64,000 bases of DNA from the sequence record LR597658; one strand, written 5' to 3'. Below, piece by piece: positions 1 through 8,980 of this stretch. A program made the translations under genes and the position numbers. Source of the DNA: Escherichia phage VpaE1_ev108. Below the pieces are notes generated by a model. The model was not told where the DNA came from, did no database searches, and was given only the letters and a program-made list of their open reading frames with translations. Every line of letters begins with the position of its first letter. The stretch's first letter is position 1.

Positions 1-15
1 AACGACCACGCAGAA

Positions 16-2355
16 GTGATTAAGAGTTCAACTTCTTTAGAGACGTCTCAAGCAAAGATTACAATGACACCTGAAATGTTCAGCCTTTTGAGTTCTGGTG
101 TATACACATTTAAAGAAAGGGCAGTTATTCGTGAACTGTCATGTAACGCAGTAGATGCTCAGAAAGAAGCTGGAAAAGAGAACATCCCATTCCATGTGCA
201 TTTACCTACTCGTTTTGAGCCTTACTTTGAAGTTCGTGATTTTGGAACTGGATTAACTCATGACAAAGTTATGAGCTTGTACCTAAACTACGGGGCTTCT
301 ACAAAGAATGACTCCAATGACTACATTGGTGCAATGGGTATCGGCTCAAAGTCACCATTTGCAATTGCTCAGTCATTCACAGTATCTAGCTATGTTGATG
401 GTGTTGTTAATAAGTACTCTGTTTACCTTGAGAATGGTATCCCTCAAGTAACTAAGCTGACAACTAACCCAACAAAAGAACCTAATGGTTTAGCTGTACG
501 TGTGGCAGTTGCTGACCACCGTATCTCAAAGTTCTTTGAAGAAGCTGGTAATGTATACTCATACTTTGCTGTAAAACCAGAAAGTAATATTGTGTACGAC
601 GATGTATTAGCAGATATGAACGTCATTGCCCGTGAAGAGGGTGTTTATGATGCCATGATTCATAAGCAAAGTTGGCGTTCTAGTGGTAACAGGACAGAGT
701 TTAATGTGGTGATGGGTAACATTTCCTACCCTGTTAACATGGAAGCATTACTTGGTGATGACTTCTTCAAAGTATTGCCAGAATTTTTCCGTAGGAGCGT
801 AGACCTTGTAAACATCTACATGCCTATTGGTTCAGTTGCTATTGCAGCTTCTCGTGAAGCATTGCAGATGAATGACACGACAAAAAATGTTATCATTGAG
901 GCTACTAAAAAGATAACTGAAGCCATTACAAAGGATGTTATCAAGAAAGTTAATAGCCAACCTACACTCATGGATGCTGCACAGGCTTATGCTGAGTTAC
1001 GTTTGAACTCACGAGAGATGTTTAATGCTGTGTGTCCAAAGCTAGAGTGGGGAGGCGTTAAGCTTGATTCTCTGGAAGAAGAATTGCTAAACATTCGTCG
1101 TGGGATTATCTACGCAGAAGACGGCTCAGTCATTTATGAACGTGACGGTAAAGGTAATATTAAGGTTGACAGTAAAGGAAACAACATTCCTAAAGTGGAC
1201 TACCTATACAATCCAGTTGCTTATGTCAAGTTCAACTCTTTAGAGAGTAAGATTCGTGCAACAGCACTTTCCTACACTCAAGAGGCAAGTATGTTCAATA
1301 TCTTTGGTGCAATGCGTAAAAGCCAAATTGAACAGTTTTTGTTCGTGATTAATGACCGTCGCAATAAAAACGGAACTGAGAAGACTGTAGGACGCAATCA
1401 AATCTTGCGTGGTGCATGTCGAGACTACGCCAACGAGTCAAGTCTGTTTCACAGATACAATGGTATTGTGTTTGTATTCTCGACTGAAAAAGAGCTAGAT
1501 GACTTAATCAACCTACACAAACTTGATAAAAGCTTGTTAAAGATTGTGAAAATGTCTGATAAGGAGCACCATTACCAGCGCAAAGAAGCTGTAAGGGGTG
1601 TTGTAAAACTCTGGAAAGCTGTTCCAGCAGAAGGTGTAGCTTCCTATAAAGAGGTTTCAGAGGACTTTGATACAATTGAAGAACCTCAGCTTTACATTAA
1701 GGCAGTTGGTGACACAGTTGATGGCGAATGTTTTTGCTCATCTCCAGAAGATGTAGCTAAGTCAGTCGCTAATGTTCTAGGGAAGACAGTCTATGTTTTC
1801 CGAAAAGCAAATTGGAAAAAGATACCAGAAGACTGGATTGAAGTAGATGAGAAGCTCTTGAACGACAGCTTAACTGATGTTCACTGGATTAATCATAACA
1901 GGTATATGACACGTATCTATATGAATGGTGTTCTTGACCTTACAAGCAGTTGGATTATCGCCAGAAACTTTACATTCAATAACAGGAAGATTTCTCGTGG
2001 TTATTGCTATTCACGAGATACTAACAAAACTATCTTCCTAGAAGGCAATGAAGATGCTGTAGAGGCAATGTTCGGTAAAATCCAATACGTTGCTGCACCA
2101 TTTGCATACACTTATACTGTTAGTGTATTGAAAACTTTGAAAGACTGTCTTGACAATGATACAAAGCTTTACAAGAAAATTAAGAAAGCTGGTGACCGCA
2201 TGGTCATTAAGGTGACAAACTACCTTTCAAAAAGAAAACAAGAAAACTTCTTGCTTTCTCATTTAGATTGGAATAAAGTGTCGCCTATCGAAGTGAGTAA
2301 GTTCTTAGGCTTTGATGTGAAGTGTGTTCCAGAAGGGACTACAATTTACGATTAA
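16..2355 (+). CDS. rIIA: rIIA-like protein with N-terminal GHKL-type ATPase fold (frame is open to window start, may be 5'-truncated)
   Basis: 779 aa ORF; GHKL motifs ELSCNAVDA (N-box), RDFGTGL (G1), GAMGIGSKS (G2); followed by second large early ORF as in rIIA/rIIB pairs. Confidence 0.6.
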   Translation: MIKSSTSLETSQAKITMTPEMFSLLSSGVYTFKERAVIRELSCNAVDAQKEAGKENIPFHVHLPTRFEPYFEVRDFGTGLTHDKVMSLYLNYGASTKNDSNDYIGAMGIGSKSPFAIAQSFTVSSYVDGVVNKYSVYLENGIPQVTKLTTNPTKEPNGLAVRVAVADHRISKFFEEAGNVYSYFAVKPESNIVYDDVLADMNVIAREEGVYDAMIHKQSWRSSGNRTEFNVVMGNISYPVNMEALLGDDFFKVLPEFFRRSVDLVNIYMPIGSVAIAASREALQMNDTTKNVIIEATKKITEAITKDVIKKVNSQPTLMDAAQAYAELRLNSREMFNAVCPKLEWGGVKLDSLEEELLNIRRGIIYAEDGSVIYERDGKGNIKVDSKGNNIPKVDYLYNPVAYVKFNSLESKIRATALSYTQEASMFNIFGAMRKSQIEQFLFVINDRRNKNGTEKTVGRNQILRGACRDYANESSLFHRYNGIVFVFSTEKELDDLINLHKLDKSLLKIVKMSDKEHHYQRKEAVRGVVKLWKAVPAEGVASYKEVSEDFDTIEEPQLYIKAVGDTVDGECFCSSPEDVAKSVANVLGKTVYVFRKANWKKIPEDWIEVDEKLLNDSLTDVHWINHNRYMTRIYMNGVLDLTSSWIIARNFTFNNRKISRGYCYSRDTNKTIFLEGNEDAVEAMFGKIQYVAAPFAYTYTVSVLKTLKDCLDNDTKLYKKIKKAGDRMVIKVTNYLSKRKQENFLLSHLDWNKVSPIEVSKFLGFDVKCVPEGTTIYD

Positions 2356-2434
2356 AGTGTTTGACAAGGGGCTTTGAAGCCCCTTAGAATAGCATCACAA
2401 AATGATTTATTAACTAACAAGAGAGAGTAATAAG

Positions 2435-3544
2435 ATGACTACTAAAACTAAAGCACAGATTGACGCAGAAATTTACAAACTGGTTAAAGAAGGTAAGCTG
2501 ACTAAAACAGCTATTGCACAGAAATTTAATACTTCAACCCGTTCAGTTGGTCGTGCTGTAGAGCGTCATGAAGCAACTTTAAAAGGGGATAAGAAGGCAA
2601 CTTCTACACCAGCTACGAAGACTTTGAAGCAAGTTGCTAAGACATTTAAAAAGAAAGCTGACAAACCAGTTGAAAAGGTCGTTAAAGATGCTGTACAGAA
2701 AGCTCCAGTAAATAAACTGCATGAAGCTATGCAGAAAGATGACAAAATTGAGTACATGATTACTGGCGACTCTGTAATTATGACTTATGGTTCAGAATCT
2801 GAAATTGTTGAGTCTACTCATCCGAACTATCAAGAGATTGTAGTTCATGTTGTGAAAGGTGAGTTCAAGAAAGCCTTTGAACTGATGAATATTCGTAAGT
2901 CTATCGAAAACTTCACTCAGGGTGCTATCACAATCAAAGGTGACAAGCTATTCTACGGTGCTGTTGAGATGCGTTCTACTCTGGTTGACCGTATTCTTCA
3001 CATGATGAAGACTGGAGATAAAGGCTTTGAACGCCTTGTGATGTTCTTCGAAAAACTGATGGAAAACCCATCTAAAGACTCTGTAGAACAACTTTGGGGC
3101 TTTGTATCTCACCTTGATGTTGAAATTGATGAAGAAGGCTACATCATTGGTTGGAAGAAAGTATCTACTCGTGAAGGTAAGCTGGTTGACTCCCACACCT
3201 ACAAAGTTCCTAACGATTTGGGTAACATTGTAGAGATGCCACGTTGGATGGTTGATAATAACCGTAACGTGACTTGCTCTCAAGGTCTTCATGTTGGTGC
3301 TTGGGATTATGTTCGTAGCTTCTCAGGTGATACAATCCTGAAAGTTCGTGTCCACCCACGAGATGTTGTATCTGTTCCAACTGATTACAATGATATGAAA
3401 ATGCGTTCATCACGTTATGAAGTTGCAGCTATCGTTGATAGCCAGCGTAATGTTCTGAAAGCATGGGATGGCAAGACTGAAGCTCTACATGTTATCGTTG
3501 GTACTGCTGGCGAACTTATTTCTCAGCGTAAACGTGAAATCTAA
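2435..3544 (+). CDS. rIIB-like protein (putative), N-terminal HTH-like segment
   Basis: 369 aa ORF immediately downstream of rIIA-like gene; SD-like AGAGAG upstream; assignment by position/size only. Confidence 0.4.
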   Translation: MTTKTKAQIDAEIYKLVKEGKLTKTAIAQKFNTSTRSVGRAVERHEATLKGDKKATSTPATKTLKQVAKTFKKKADKPVEKVVKDAVQKAPVNKLHEAMQKDDKIEYMITGDSVIMTYGSESEIVESTHPNYQEIVVHVVKGEFKKAFELMNIRKSIENFTQGAITIKGDKLFYGAVEMRSTLVDRILHMMKTGDKGFERLVMFFEKLMENPSKDSVEQLWGFVSHLDVEIDEEGYIIGWKKVSTREGKLVDSHTYKVPNDLGNIVEMPRWMVDNNRNVTCSQGLHVGAWDYVRSFSGDTILKVRVHPRDVVSVPTDYNDMKMRSSRYEVAAIVDSQRNVLKAWDGKTEALHVIVGTAGELISQRKREI

Positions 3545-3560
3545 TAAGTAATTCTCTTAA

Positions 3561-3587
3561 AAGGCTGCTTCGGCGGCCTTTTTTATT
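3561..3587 (+). terminator. intrinsic terminator
   Basis: GGCTGC-ttcg-GCGGCC hairpin followed by TTTTTTATTT. Confidence 0.6.
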
Positions 3588-3645
3588 TGTATTTTGTGCA
3601 GAGTGCTGTATAATTGTTGTCACGATAAACTAAACAGGAGAACCA

Positions 3646-4194
3646 ATGAAGAAATTGATTCTAGGTTTGTGCTTAATGTTTACAGCACACTTATCTTATG
3701 CAGTTGACTGCCCAGAGCTATCAATTAGCCAAAAAGTGAACATGTTAAAAGCTTACCAGTATGGCGAGAATAACATGGGTAAAGGTTGGGGTATCACTCT
3801 AGCAGCTATAGCCTTACAAGAGTCAGAGTTAGGTCTGAAGGTAGAAAATAAAAAGACACATGATTATGGTATTTTCCAGAATCACTTGAAGACTGTTGTA
3901 AAGCGTAACAAAATTAGCCCTAATGTGGCTAAAAAGAAACTCTTAAGAGACTTTGATTATGCTGCGAAGGAAACTCACAAAGAGCTTGAGTTTTGGACAA
4001 AGGTGCATGGTCAGCCAAAGTCAAAGAAGACTTTACAAAAAGTTTTAGCATCATATAATGCTGGGTATTCGTACAGAATCCCTAAAGCTAAGAAGTATTC
4101 TCAAGATGTCTATAACAACATGAAAGTAATTGCTCAATGTGAATTTGCAACAAACATTTCTAAGGTAAATCATGAAAAAATTAAGAAAGTCTGA
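3646..4194 (+). CDS. secreted lytic transglycosylase-like protein (SLT motifs)
   Basis: signal-peptide-like N-terminus MKKLILGLCLMFTAHLSYA; SLT family-1 motifs ESELG, YGIFQ, SYNAGYS. Confidence 0.5.
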   Translation: MKKLILGLCLMFTAHLSYAVDCPELSISQKVNMLKAYQYGENNMGKGWGITLAAIALQESELGLKVENKKTHDYGIFQNHLKTVVKRNKISPNVAKKKLLRDFDYAAKETHKELEFWTKVHGQPKSKKTLQKVLASYNAGYSYRIPKAKKYSQDVYNNMKVIAQCEFATNISKVNHEKIKKV

Positions 4195-4867
4195 TGAAGT
4201 ACTGTGTCATGCTTATGACTTACATCCTCATGAGTTAGGTCTTGATTCCTGTGTATGGTCTCCAGAACAGTGTAGGGATTTTGAAGACACTGCAAGAGAA
4301 GTTGTATGTTCACTTGAAGAGTTCCACACATCAGAACCAATTGTGAACGTTGTGGACAAAGAGACTGGACAATCTATAGGAGTAAGTCGTGATAGCTTAG
4401 TCATAGTCAATAAAGACCTTGTAGAAAAAGGGAATCTCATCTTAGCAGATATTGATGGTGTTCTTACAAATTTTAATCACGAAGATTGTTCAACGGAATT
4501 GACTGATGGGTCATTCTCACAGTACACTAATCTTCTTGATTCTGTAAGAGCAAAACCAACGTATGTTTTTAGTATTATTGATGCAATTGCTAATCATGCT
4601 GCCATTGGACTCTTGACAGCGAGAGGTGAATCTCAGAGAATACCTACTGAGATGTTTTTAAGGCATAACATAGAGCATGACTACATGCTTTTTATGCGTG
4701 GTTTTGGAACTAACTCTATAAGTGCAGAAAGTTTGAAAGTGAGGATGATTCAGTCTTGCATCCTGCCTTACTTTAATATAGTATGTTTTATAGAAGACAC
4801 AGAGAAGAATGTGCAGAAGGTGAACAGAATCCTTCCACACATTAAAACCATGTTAGTTAAACATTGA
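4172..4867 (+). CDS. HAD-superfamily phosphatase-like protein
   Basis: motif I LILADIDGVL (DxDGx), candidate motif II LLTAR and motif IV FIEDTEKN; overlaps upstream gene by 23 nt. Confidence 0.4.
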   Translation: MKKLRKSDEVLCHAYDLHPHELGLDSCVWSPEQCRDFEDTAREVVCSLEEFHTSEPIVNVVDKETGQSIGVSRDSLVIVNKDLVEKGNLILADIDGVLTNFNHEDCSTELTDGSFSQYTNLLDSVRAKPTYVFSIIDAIANHAAIGLLTARGESQRIPTEMFLRHNIEHDYMLFMRGFGTNSISAESLKVRMIQSCILPYFNIVCFIEDTEKNVQKVNRILPHIKTMLVKH

Positions 4868-4877
4868 GAGAAAACTT

Positions 4878-5342
4878 ATGAACAATATCATTACGGTAGC
4901 ACTGGACGATACGGTAAACAAATCTGCAATAGTTCGTAAAATGATTCAAGGTAACTTTGAAGGTAAAATTTTTCGTGCTGTTAATGTAAAAGCTGATGGC
5001 AGCATTCGTGAATATCGTGCATTATTGAATGTTAAAAAACACGTAAAAGGTGCTGGTTCAACTACTGCACACAAAGAAAACCTGATGACTATCTATGATA
5101 TGGGCAAGGCTTCAGAGTTAGGTGCTGAAGGTATCGTTAAAGAAGGTGCTCCGTATCGCTCTTTCAATCTGGAAACTACTCTTATGCTTTCCTTTACAAG
5201 TGGTTCTAAAACAATCACTTATCTCTTTACTGATGCTGCAACGGTATCTGCTATTAAGGATAGCACTGTCAAAGCTGGCGTAGTTGCTGCTGCAAAAGCT
5301 TCTTCGATGGCTGCGAATATCCTTGCTAAAGTCCTCGGTTAA
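4878..5342 (+). CDS. hypothetical protein
   Basis: 154 aa ORF, GAGAG SD upstream, terminator downstream. Confidence 0.55.
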   Translation: MNNIITVALDDTVNKSAIVRKMIQGNFEGKIFRAVNVKADGSIREYRALLNVKKHVKGAGSTTAHKENLMTIYDMGKASELGAEGIVKEGAPYRSFNLETTLMLSFTSGSKTITYLFTDAATVSAIKDSTVKAGVVAAAKASSMAANILAKVLG

Positions 5343-5353
5343 GGTTAAGATAC

Positions 5354-5380
5354 AGGCTCCTTCGGGAGCCTTTTTCATTT
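5354..5380 (+). terminator. intrinsic terminator
   Basis: AGGCTCC-ttcg-GGAGCCT hairpin followed by TTTTTCATTTT. Confidence 0.65.
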
Positions 5381-5394
5381 TAGGAGATTGTTAA

Positions 5395-5742
5395 ATGACA
5401 TTTAAAGAGTTCTGTCAAGCTACTTTCATAATTGTTTTCTTAGTTGGTGCAGGTGTCTGGGGAGGATACTCTTACAGAGACTATCAAGTTGCTGAAACTG
5501 AGCTAAATAATGAGAAACTAATAAGTGTTGCTAAAGATGCTTATCAGGAAGGTTTAGCCACACTCAGCACCAATTACAAAAATGATTTGAAAGACGTGCT
5601 TGCTAAGAATAAGCACACAAAAGAGGTACTAACATATGAAAAGACTAAGCCAGAGTTTTATAATGTTTGTGTTACTGATAATTATGTCAGGGTGTTCAAC
5701 GAACAAAGTGAACAGTACATTCAAAAACTCCCAAGTAAGTGA
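5395..5742 (+). CDS. membrane protein with N-terminal TM helix (i-spanin-like architecture?)
   Basis: hydrophobic segment FIIVFLVGAGVWGG then charged helical region; GGAGA SD upstream. Confidence 0.45.
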   Translation: MTFKEFCQATFIIVFLVGAGVWGGYSYRDYQVAETELNNEKLISVAKDAYQEGLATLSTNYKNDLKDVLAKNKHTKEVLTYEKTKPEFYNVCVTDNYVRVFNEQSEQYIQKLPSK

Positions 5743-5905
5743 GAGTGACAAGTACACTCAAGAAGAGTCAAGATTCACTGTCAAAGGTAATACTGGTAGT
5801 GATGTGGCAGCAGCCCTTGAGTTTTATCGTGATGGTTTTTACCAGTGCACAATCAAAGCTAATAACCTTATTGATATGATTTTATTAGGAAACAAACAGC
5901 AATGA
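5636..5905 (+). CDS. small lipoprotein (o-spanin-like or exclusion lipoprotein?)
   Basis: lipobox-like signal MKRLSQSFIMFVLLIIMSGC; starts inside 3' end of preceding gene in another frame; AGAGG SD upstream. Confidence 0.45.
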   Translation: MKRLSQSFIMFVLLIIMSGCSTNKVNSTFKNSQVSESDKYTQEESRFTVKGNTGSDVAAALEFYRDGFYQCTIKANNLIDMILLGNKQQ

Positions 5906-6171
5906 CAGAGAATGAAGACACTTTCTATGTAGAAGGGTACTTACTACTACCACGACCAAAAGAAACTTATATGCGTGTTGATTTCTCACCAACCATTATG
6001 GACAACGTGATGTGTCATATCTTTATGCAAGGTGTCACAGCACAGCTTAAGCATGTTGGTAAAGAGTGCAAAATAAAGGTTGACACTCATCCAGAAATCA
6101 AAGAGAATCACTACACATGGTTCTTACCAGACTCTAAAGAAATCTTAGCAGTTCTTAAAACGAGGAAATGA
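5902..6171 (+). CDS. hypothetical protein
   Basis: 89 aa ORF, ATGA start/stop overlap with upstream gene. Confidence 0.5.
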   Translation: MTENEDTFYVEGYLLLPRPKETYMRVDFSPTIMDNVMCHIFMQGVTAQLKHVGKECKIKVDTHPEIKENHYTWFLPDSKEILAVLKTRK

Positions 6172-6482
6172 TTATGCAATTCCAGCCAACAAATCGTGGA
6201 TTTTCTTATGCAGAATTTAAAGATGCTAAAGGGGAAATTTGTACTTTACAAGAGAGTTCATCATATGAACCATGTATCTGGTTAGGTGCTAAAGAGGTCT
6301 CTGTTCAGTACCTAGATGGTGGCTGGAAAACACTTGATATCCCAGCATTAGTAGGCAAAGATTTTGTAGGTAACCAAAGAATGAAACTCAATCAAGAACA
6401 GGTAAAAGAACTGTTGCCGTACCTTCAATACTTTGCTGAAAATGGTGAATTACCAACAGAGGAACTTACAAATGCAGATTAA
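6168..6482 (+). CDS. hypothetical protein
   Basis: 104 aa ORF, GAGGA SD, coupled to upstream gene. Confidence 0.5.
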   Translation: MIMQFQPTNRGFSYAEFKDAKGEICTLQESSSYEPCIWLGAKEVSVQYLDGGWKTLDIPALVGKDFVGNQRMKLNQEQVKELLPYLQYFAENGELPTEELTNAD

Positions 6483-6798
6483 TGGAAGAGACTTTGTAGC
6501 CGTTTACTACGAGAAAGATAAAGAAGTTGGCGTAGCACAAGTAACTTATGGCAATGGTAAGTGGTTATATGGAACAATCGCAGTAGTAGGAACAAGAAGT
6601 GATACAAAAACTTTTAAAGATTGTGTTGACCTTCTTGAAGAATCCATACACAATCATTGGTGTCTGATATGGATGACTGATAACGAAGTGATGGAGCGTT
6701 TCAAAAAGATTGATATCAACATTGACAGTATTGAGCATGTTGATTTATATGAACTAACTGAGAAGGTAAACTATGAAAGTAATACTAGCCAGAGATAA
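6472..6798 (+). CDS. hypothetical protein
   Basis: ORF-track start 6433 overlaps upstream gene by 50 nt; in-frame ATG at 6472 has GAGGA SD 8 nt upstream. Confidence 0.45.
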   Translation: MQINGRDFVAVYYEKDKEVGVAQVTYGNGKWLYGTIAVVGTRSDTKTFKDCVDLLEESIHNHWCLIWMTDNEVMERFKKIDINIDSIEHVDLYELTEKVNYESNTSQR

Positions 6799-7000
6799 AA
6801 AGACACGAAAACTTATAAGGTCAGCAGTATTCATTGGACGAAATGAGGTCATCCCATTTACAGCAAATGATGTGATAGCTTACAGGAAGAACTTAGTATT
6901 CACTGACTGCTTACGTGGCTTCATCTCTGAACCATTGGAAGACTTTAAAAGTCGTTGTGGTAAAGGTATCATCATTCAAGAGGCAATTATTCATGGCTGA
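6773..7000 (+). CDS. hypothetical protein
   Basis: 75 aa ORF in co-directional block. Confidence 0.4.
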   Translation: MKVILARDKKTRKLIRSAVFIGRNEVIPFTANDVIAYRKNLVFTDCLRGFISEPLEDFKSRCGKGIIIQEAIIHG

Positions 7001-7193
7001 CTTCTGTAAAGACTGTTCTATCGAAATGTTCGGACGTGATACAGGTGACTTAAAAGGTCTTATCACTGAAGATGATTTTAAAGCTGGTTATGCAATGCCA
7101 GTAATCTGTGAAGGTTGTGGGTGCATCTGGGTAGACCATGAGGGGCAACGTGTAAAACCTTCAGAAGATAAAGAATCTTGGGAGAGATGCTAA
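6993..7193 (+). CDS. small Cys-rich zinc-ribbon-like protein
   Basis: in-frame ATG at 6993 overlapping upstream stop (ATGGCTGA); CKDC ... CEGCGC motifs. Confidence 0.4.
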   Translation: MADFCKDCSIEMFGRDTGDLKGLITEDDFKAGYAMPVICEGCGCIWVDHEGQRVKPSEDKESWERC

Positions 7194-7979
7194 ATGGGTA
7201 TTGTAAAAATCATCAATGGTGATATCTTTGCTGCATTTGATAAAGGTAAGTTTGACATCATTGGTCATGGTTGTAACTGCATGAACCTAATGGGCGCAGG
7301 TATCGCTGACAAGATTTCTAAACTTTACCCAAAAGCATATGAGACCGATACAGAAGTTTATCTCTATGCAGGTGGTATAGGTCACAAACCCTGTGAGAAT
7401 TTACTAGGTAATTTCTCTGTAGCACGCTTAAAACAAGGTCGTATAGCTAACCTTTACACTCAGCTTAAGACTGGTAAAGATGCCCGATACAGTGCTTTAG
7501 AGTCATCTTTGAAACAGCTTAACAGATACTGTGAAGTTAATCAGTTGAAGAAAGTTGGTTTACCTATGATTGGTGCAGGTATCGGTGGACTTGACCCTCA
7601 AGCCATCACAGTTATCATCAATCAGGTGATGAAGAGTGTAGATGTTTATCTGTATGTCTATGAAGGCGAGATGTACCACAAGTTACGCTCAGGTTGGAAG
7701 AACTACTGTGAACCAGAATACTTTGCAGGTGTAGCAGTGTTCACAGATAACGCAGTTACCCTCTTCAGACGAAGAAAAGGTAAGATACATCAAAGTAACC
7801 CTCCGGTTGAAAAGATGTCTCTAAGTAACGCTCTAGTTACCCACCTGTCAAAGAGCAATCACAGAATTGCTGTAACATTTGGTAGTGATGCAGAAGCTTA
7901 TATCTATGCAAGAACTGATGAGGATATCGAGGCAATCTTCTCTTCACCAGAGCTTACCTTCTTAGACGCAAAGAACTAA
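7194..7979 (+). CDS. Poa1p-like macro domain protein (ADP-ribose / ADP-ribose-1''-phosphate processing)
   Basis: INGDIF ... IIGHGCNCMNLMGAGIADKISKLYPKAYE closely matches the Poa1p-type macro signature (IHSCNC..GGGIA..YPKA); GGGAGAG SD. Confidence 0.7.
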   Translation: MGIVKIINGDIFAAFDKGKFDIIGHGCNCMNLMGAGIADKISKLYPKAYETDTEVYLYAGGIGHKPCENLLGNFSVARLKQGRIANLYTQLKTGKDARYSALESSLKQLNRYCEVNQLKKVGLPMIGAGIGGLDPQAITVIINQVMKSVDVYLYVYEGEMYHKLRSGWKNYCEPEYFAGVAVFTDNAVTLFRRRKGKIHQSNPPVEKMSLSNALVTHLSKSNHRIAVTFGSDAEAYIYARTDEDIEAIFSSPELTFLDAKN

Positions 7980-8048
7980 GAAACCTCGTAGTATATTCAC
8001 AATAGACTAAGCCTTTCTTATCTGGTAAATTTTTCAGGTAAGGAGGGC

Positions 8049-8231
8049 TTTTTCATTTCAGATTTGTGCAGGTAGAGTTCTGTAGAGAAATCTATAGAGA
8101 AAATTTTGAACTCCAAAGAGAAAATTCATTTTCAAACTGTGCAGGTAATCTCCAAAGAGCTTTTTCATTTTCAAAACGTGCAGACCCCGCTCAGGTCGGG
8201 CAAGAAAAATCATTTTAGAATTGTGCAGGTA
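8049..8231. repeat. four direct repeats of ~26 bp (TTCATTTTCAAANYGTGCAGGTA) in intergenic region
   Basis: copies at about 8050, 8121, 8161 and 8205; a related TTTTGTGCAG motif also lies upstream of the gene at 3646. Confidence 0.6.
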
Positions 8232-8246
8232 GGTTTTTATAGACAG

Positions 8247-8290
8247 CCAGCCCAACCCCTCTCCCCCTCTTACTCCCCCTCTCCCCAAAA
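8247..8290. repeat. polypyrimidine (C/T-rich) tract
   Basis: AGCCCAACCCCTCTCCCCCTCTTACTCCCCCTCTCCCC in an otherwise AT-rich genome. Confidence 0.6.
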
Positions 8291-8394
8291 GTCAAGAGAA
8301 AAATTTGTAGCGGATTGAAAAATAATTCTTGATTTGCGTTCTGTTTTGTGGTAGTCGTGCGCACCCGTTTCATTACAGTTTTGCCAAAAATATT

Positions 8395-8438
8395 TTTAAA
8401 ATTTTTATTGACTCTTTGAACGTGGTTATCTAATATTT
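8395..8438 (+). promoter_or_regulatory. sigma70-like promoter
   Basis: TTGACT - 17 nt - TAATAT preceded by AT-rich TTTTTAAAATTTTTA. Confidence 0.5.
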
Positions 8439-8440
8439 AC

Positions 8441-8499
8441 ATCAACGGGGAGGGAATGACCTTCCCCACTAAATAAAATCCTAAACTGGAGATTCAAAA
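8441..8499 (+). repeat. type-A hairpin-leader cassette (copy 1 of 7)
   Basis: CAACGGGGAGGGAATGACCTTCCCC hairpin + ACTAAATAAA(A/G)TCCT(T)AAACT(A)GGAGATTC(A/T)AAAATG leader. Confidence 0.7.
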
Positions 8500-8688
8500 A
8501 TGGCATCAAGAAAAATTAAAGTTGGCGATGAGGTTAACATTAAGCACGAATACTCTTACAAAATGCTAACTATACGCTCTTATAAGGTTTATCAGGTGGA
8601 AGCTATCCACAAAGATAATACTTTTTCCTTAAAAGGGTATAGCGAACGTTTCCCTGCTGAACTCTTTGAGAAATGGAGCGCGAAATAA
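8500..8688 (+). CDS. hypothetical small protein
   Basis: 62 aa ORF directly behind type-A cassette (GGAGA SD). Confidence 0.55.
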   Translation: MASRKIKVGDEVNIKHEYSYKMLTIRSYKVYQVEAIHKDNTFSLKGYSERFPAELFEKWSAK

Positions 8689-8894
8689 TGCTTTACAGTC
8701 GTGAATTGATGGTTACAACTAACGTTAACACAAAGGCAAAACGTTTTTACATGAAAATCTGTGGCGTATGGTCCAGAATATCAGAAGCCGACTATTGCAA
8801 CTATGTAGAAACAGCTATTAATTCTAATTGCTACCTTACAAGAAACACTAAGAAATTTACAAGGCAGGCAGCGATTTACTACTACGACAAATAA
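8688..8894 (+). CDS. hypothetical small protein
   Basis: ATG overlapping upstream stop (TAATG); 68 aa. Confidence 0.45.
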   Translation: MLYSRELMVTTNVNTKAKRFYMKICGVWSRISEADYCNYVETAINSNCYLTRNTKKFTRQAAIYYYDK

Positions 8895-8980
8895 AGTACT
8901 TTACAGGGGGCTTAAAAGCTGATATCTTAAGCCCCAGATAAAGAGCTTTACCACTAAATCCTAAATTGGAGAACTTAAAA
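8892..8980 (+). repeat. type-B hairpin-leader cassette (copy 1 of 6)
   Basis: TAAAGTACTTTACA-GGGGCTTA..TAAGCCCC hairpin-AGATAAAGAGCTTTACCACTAAATCCTAAATTGGAGA..AAAAATG. Confidence 0.7.
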
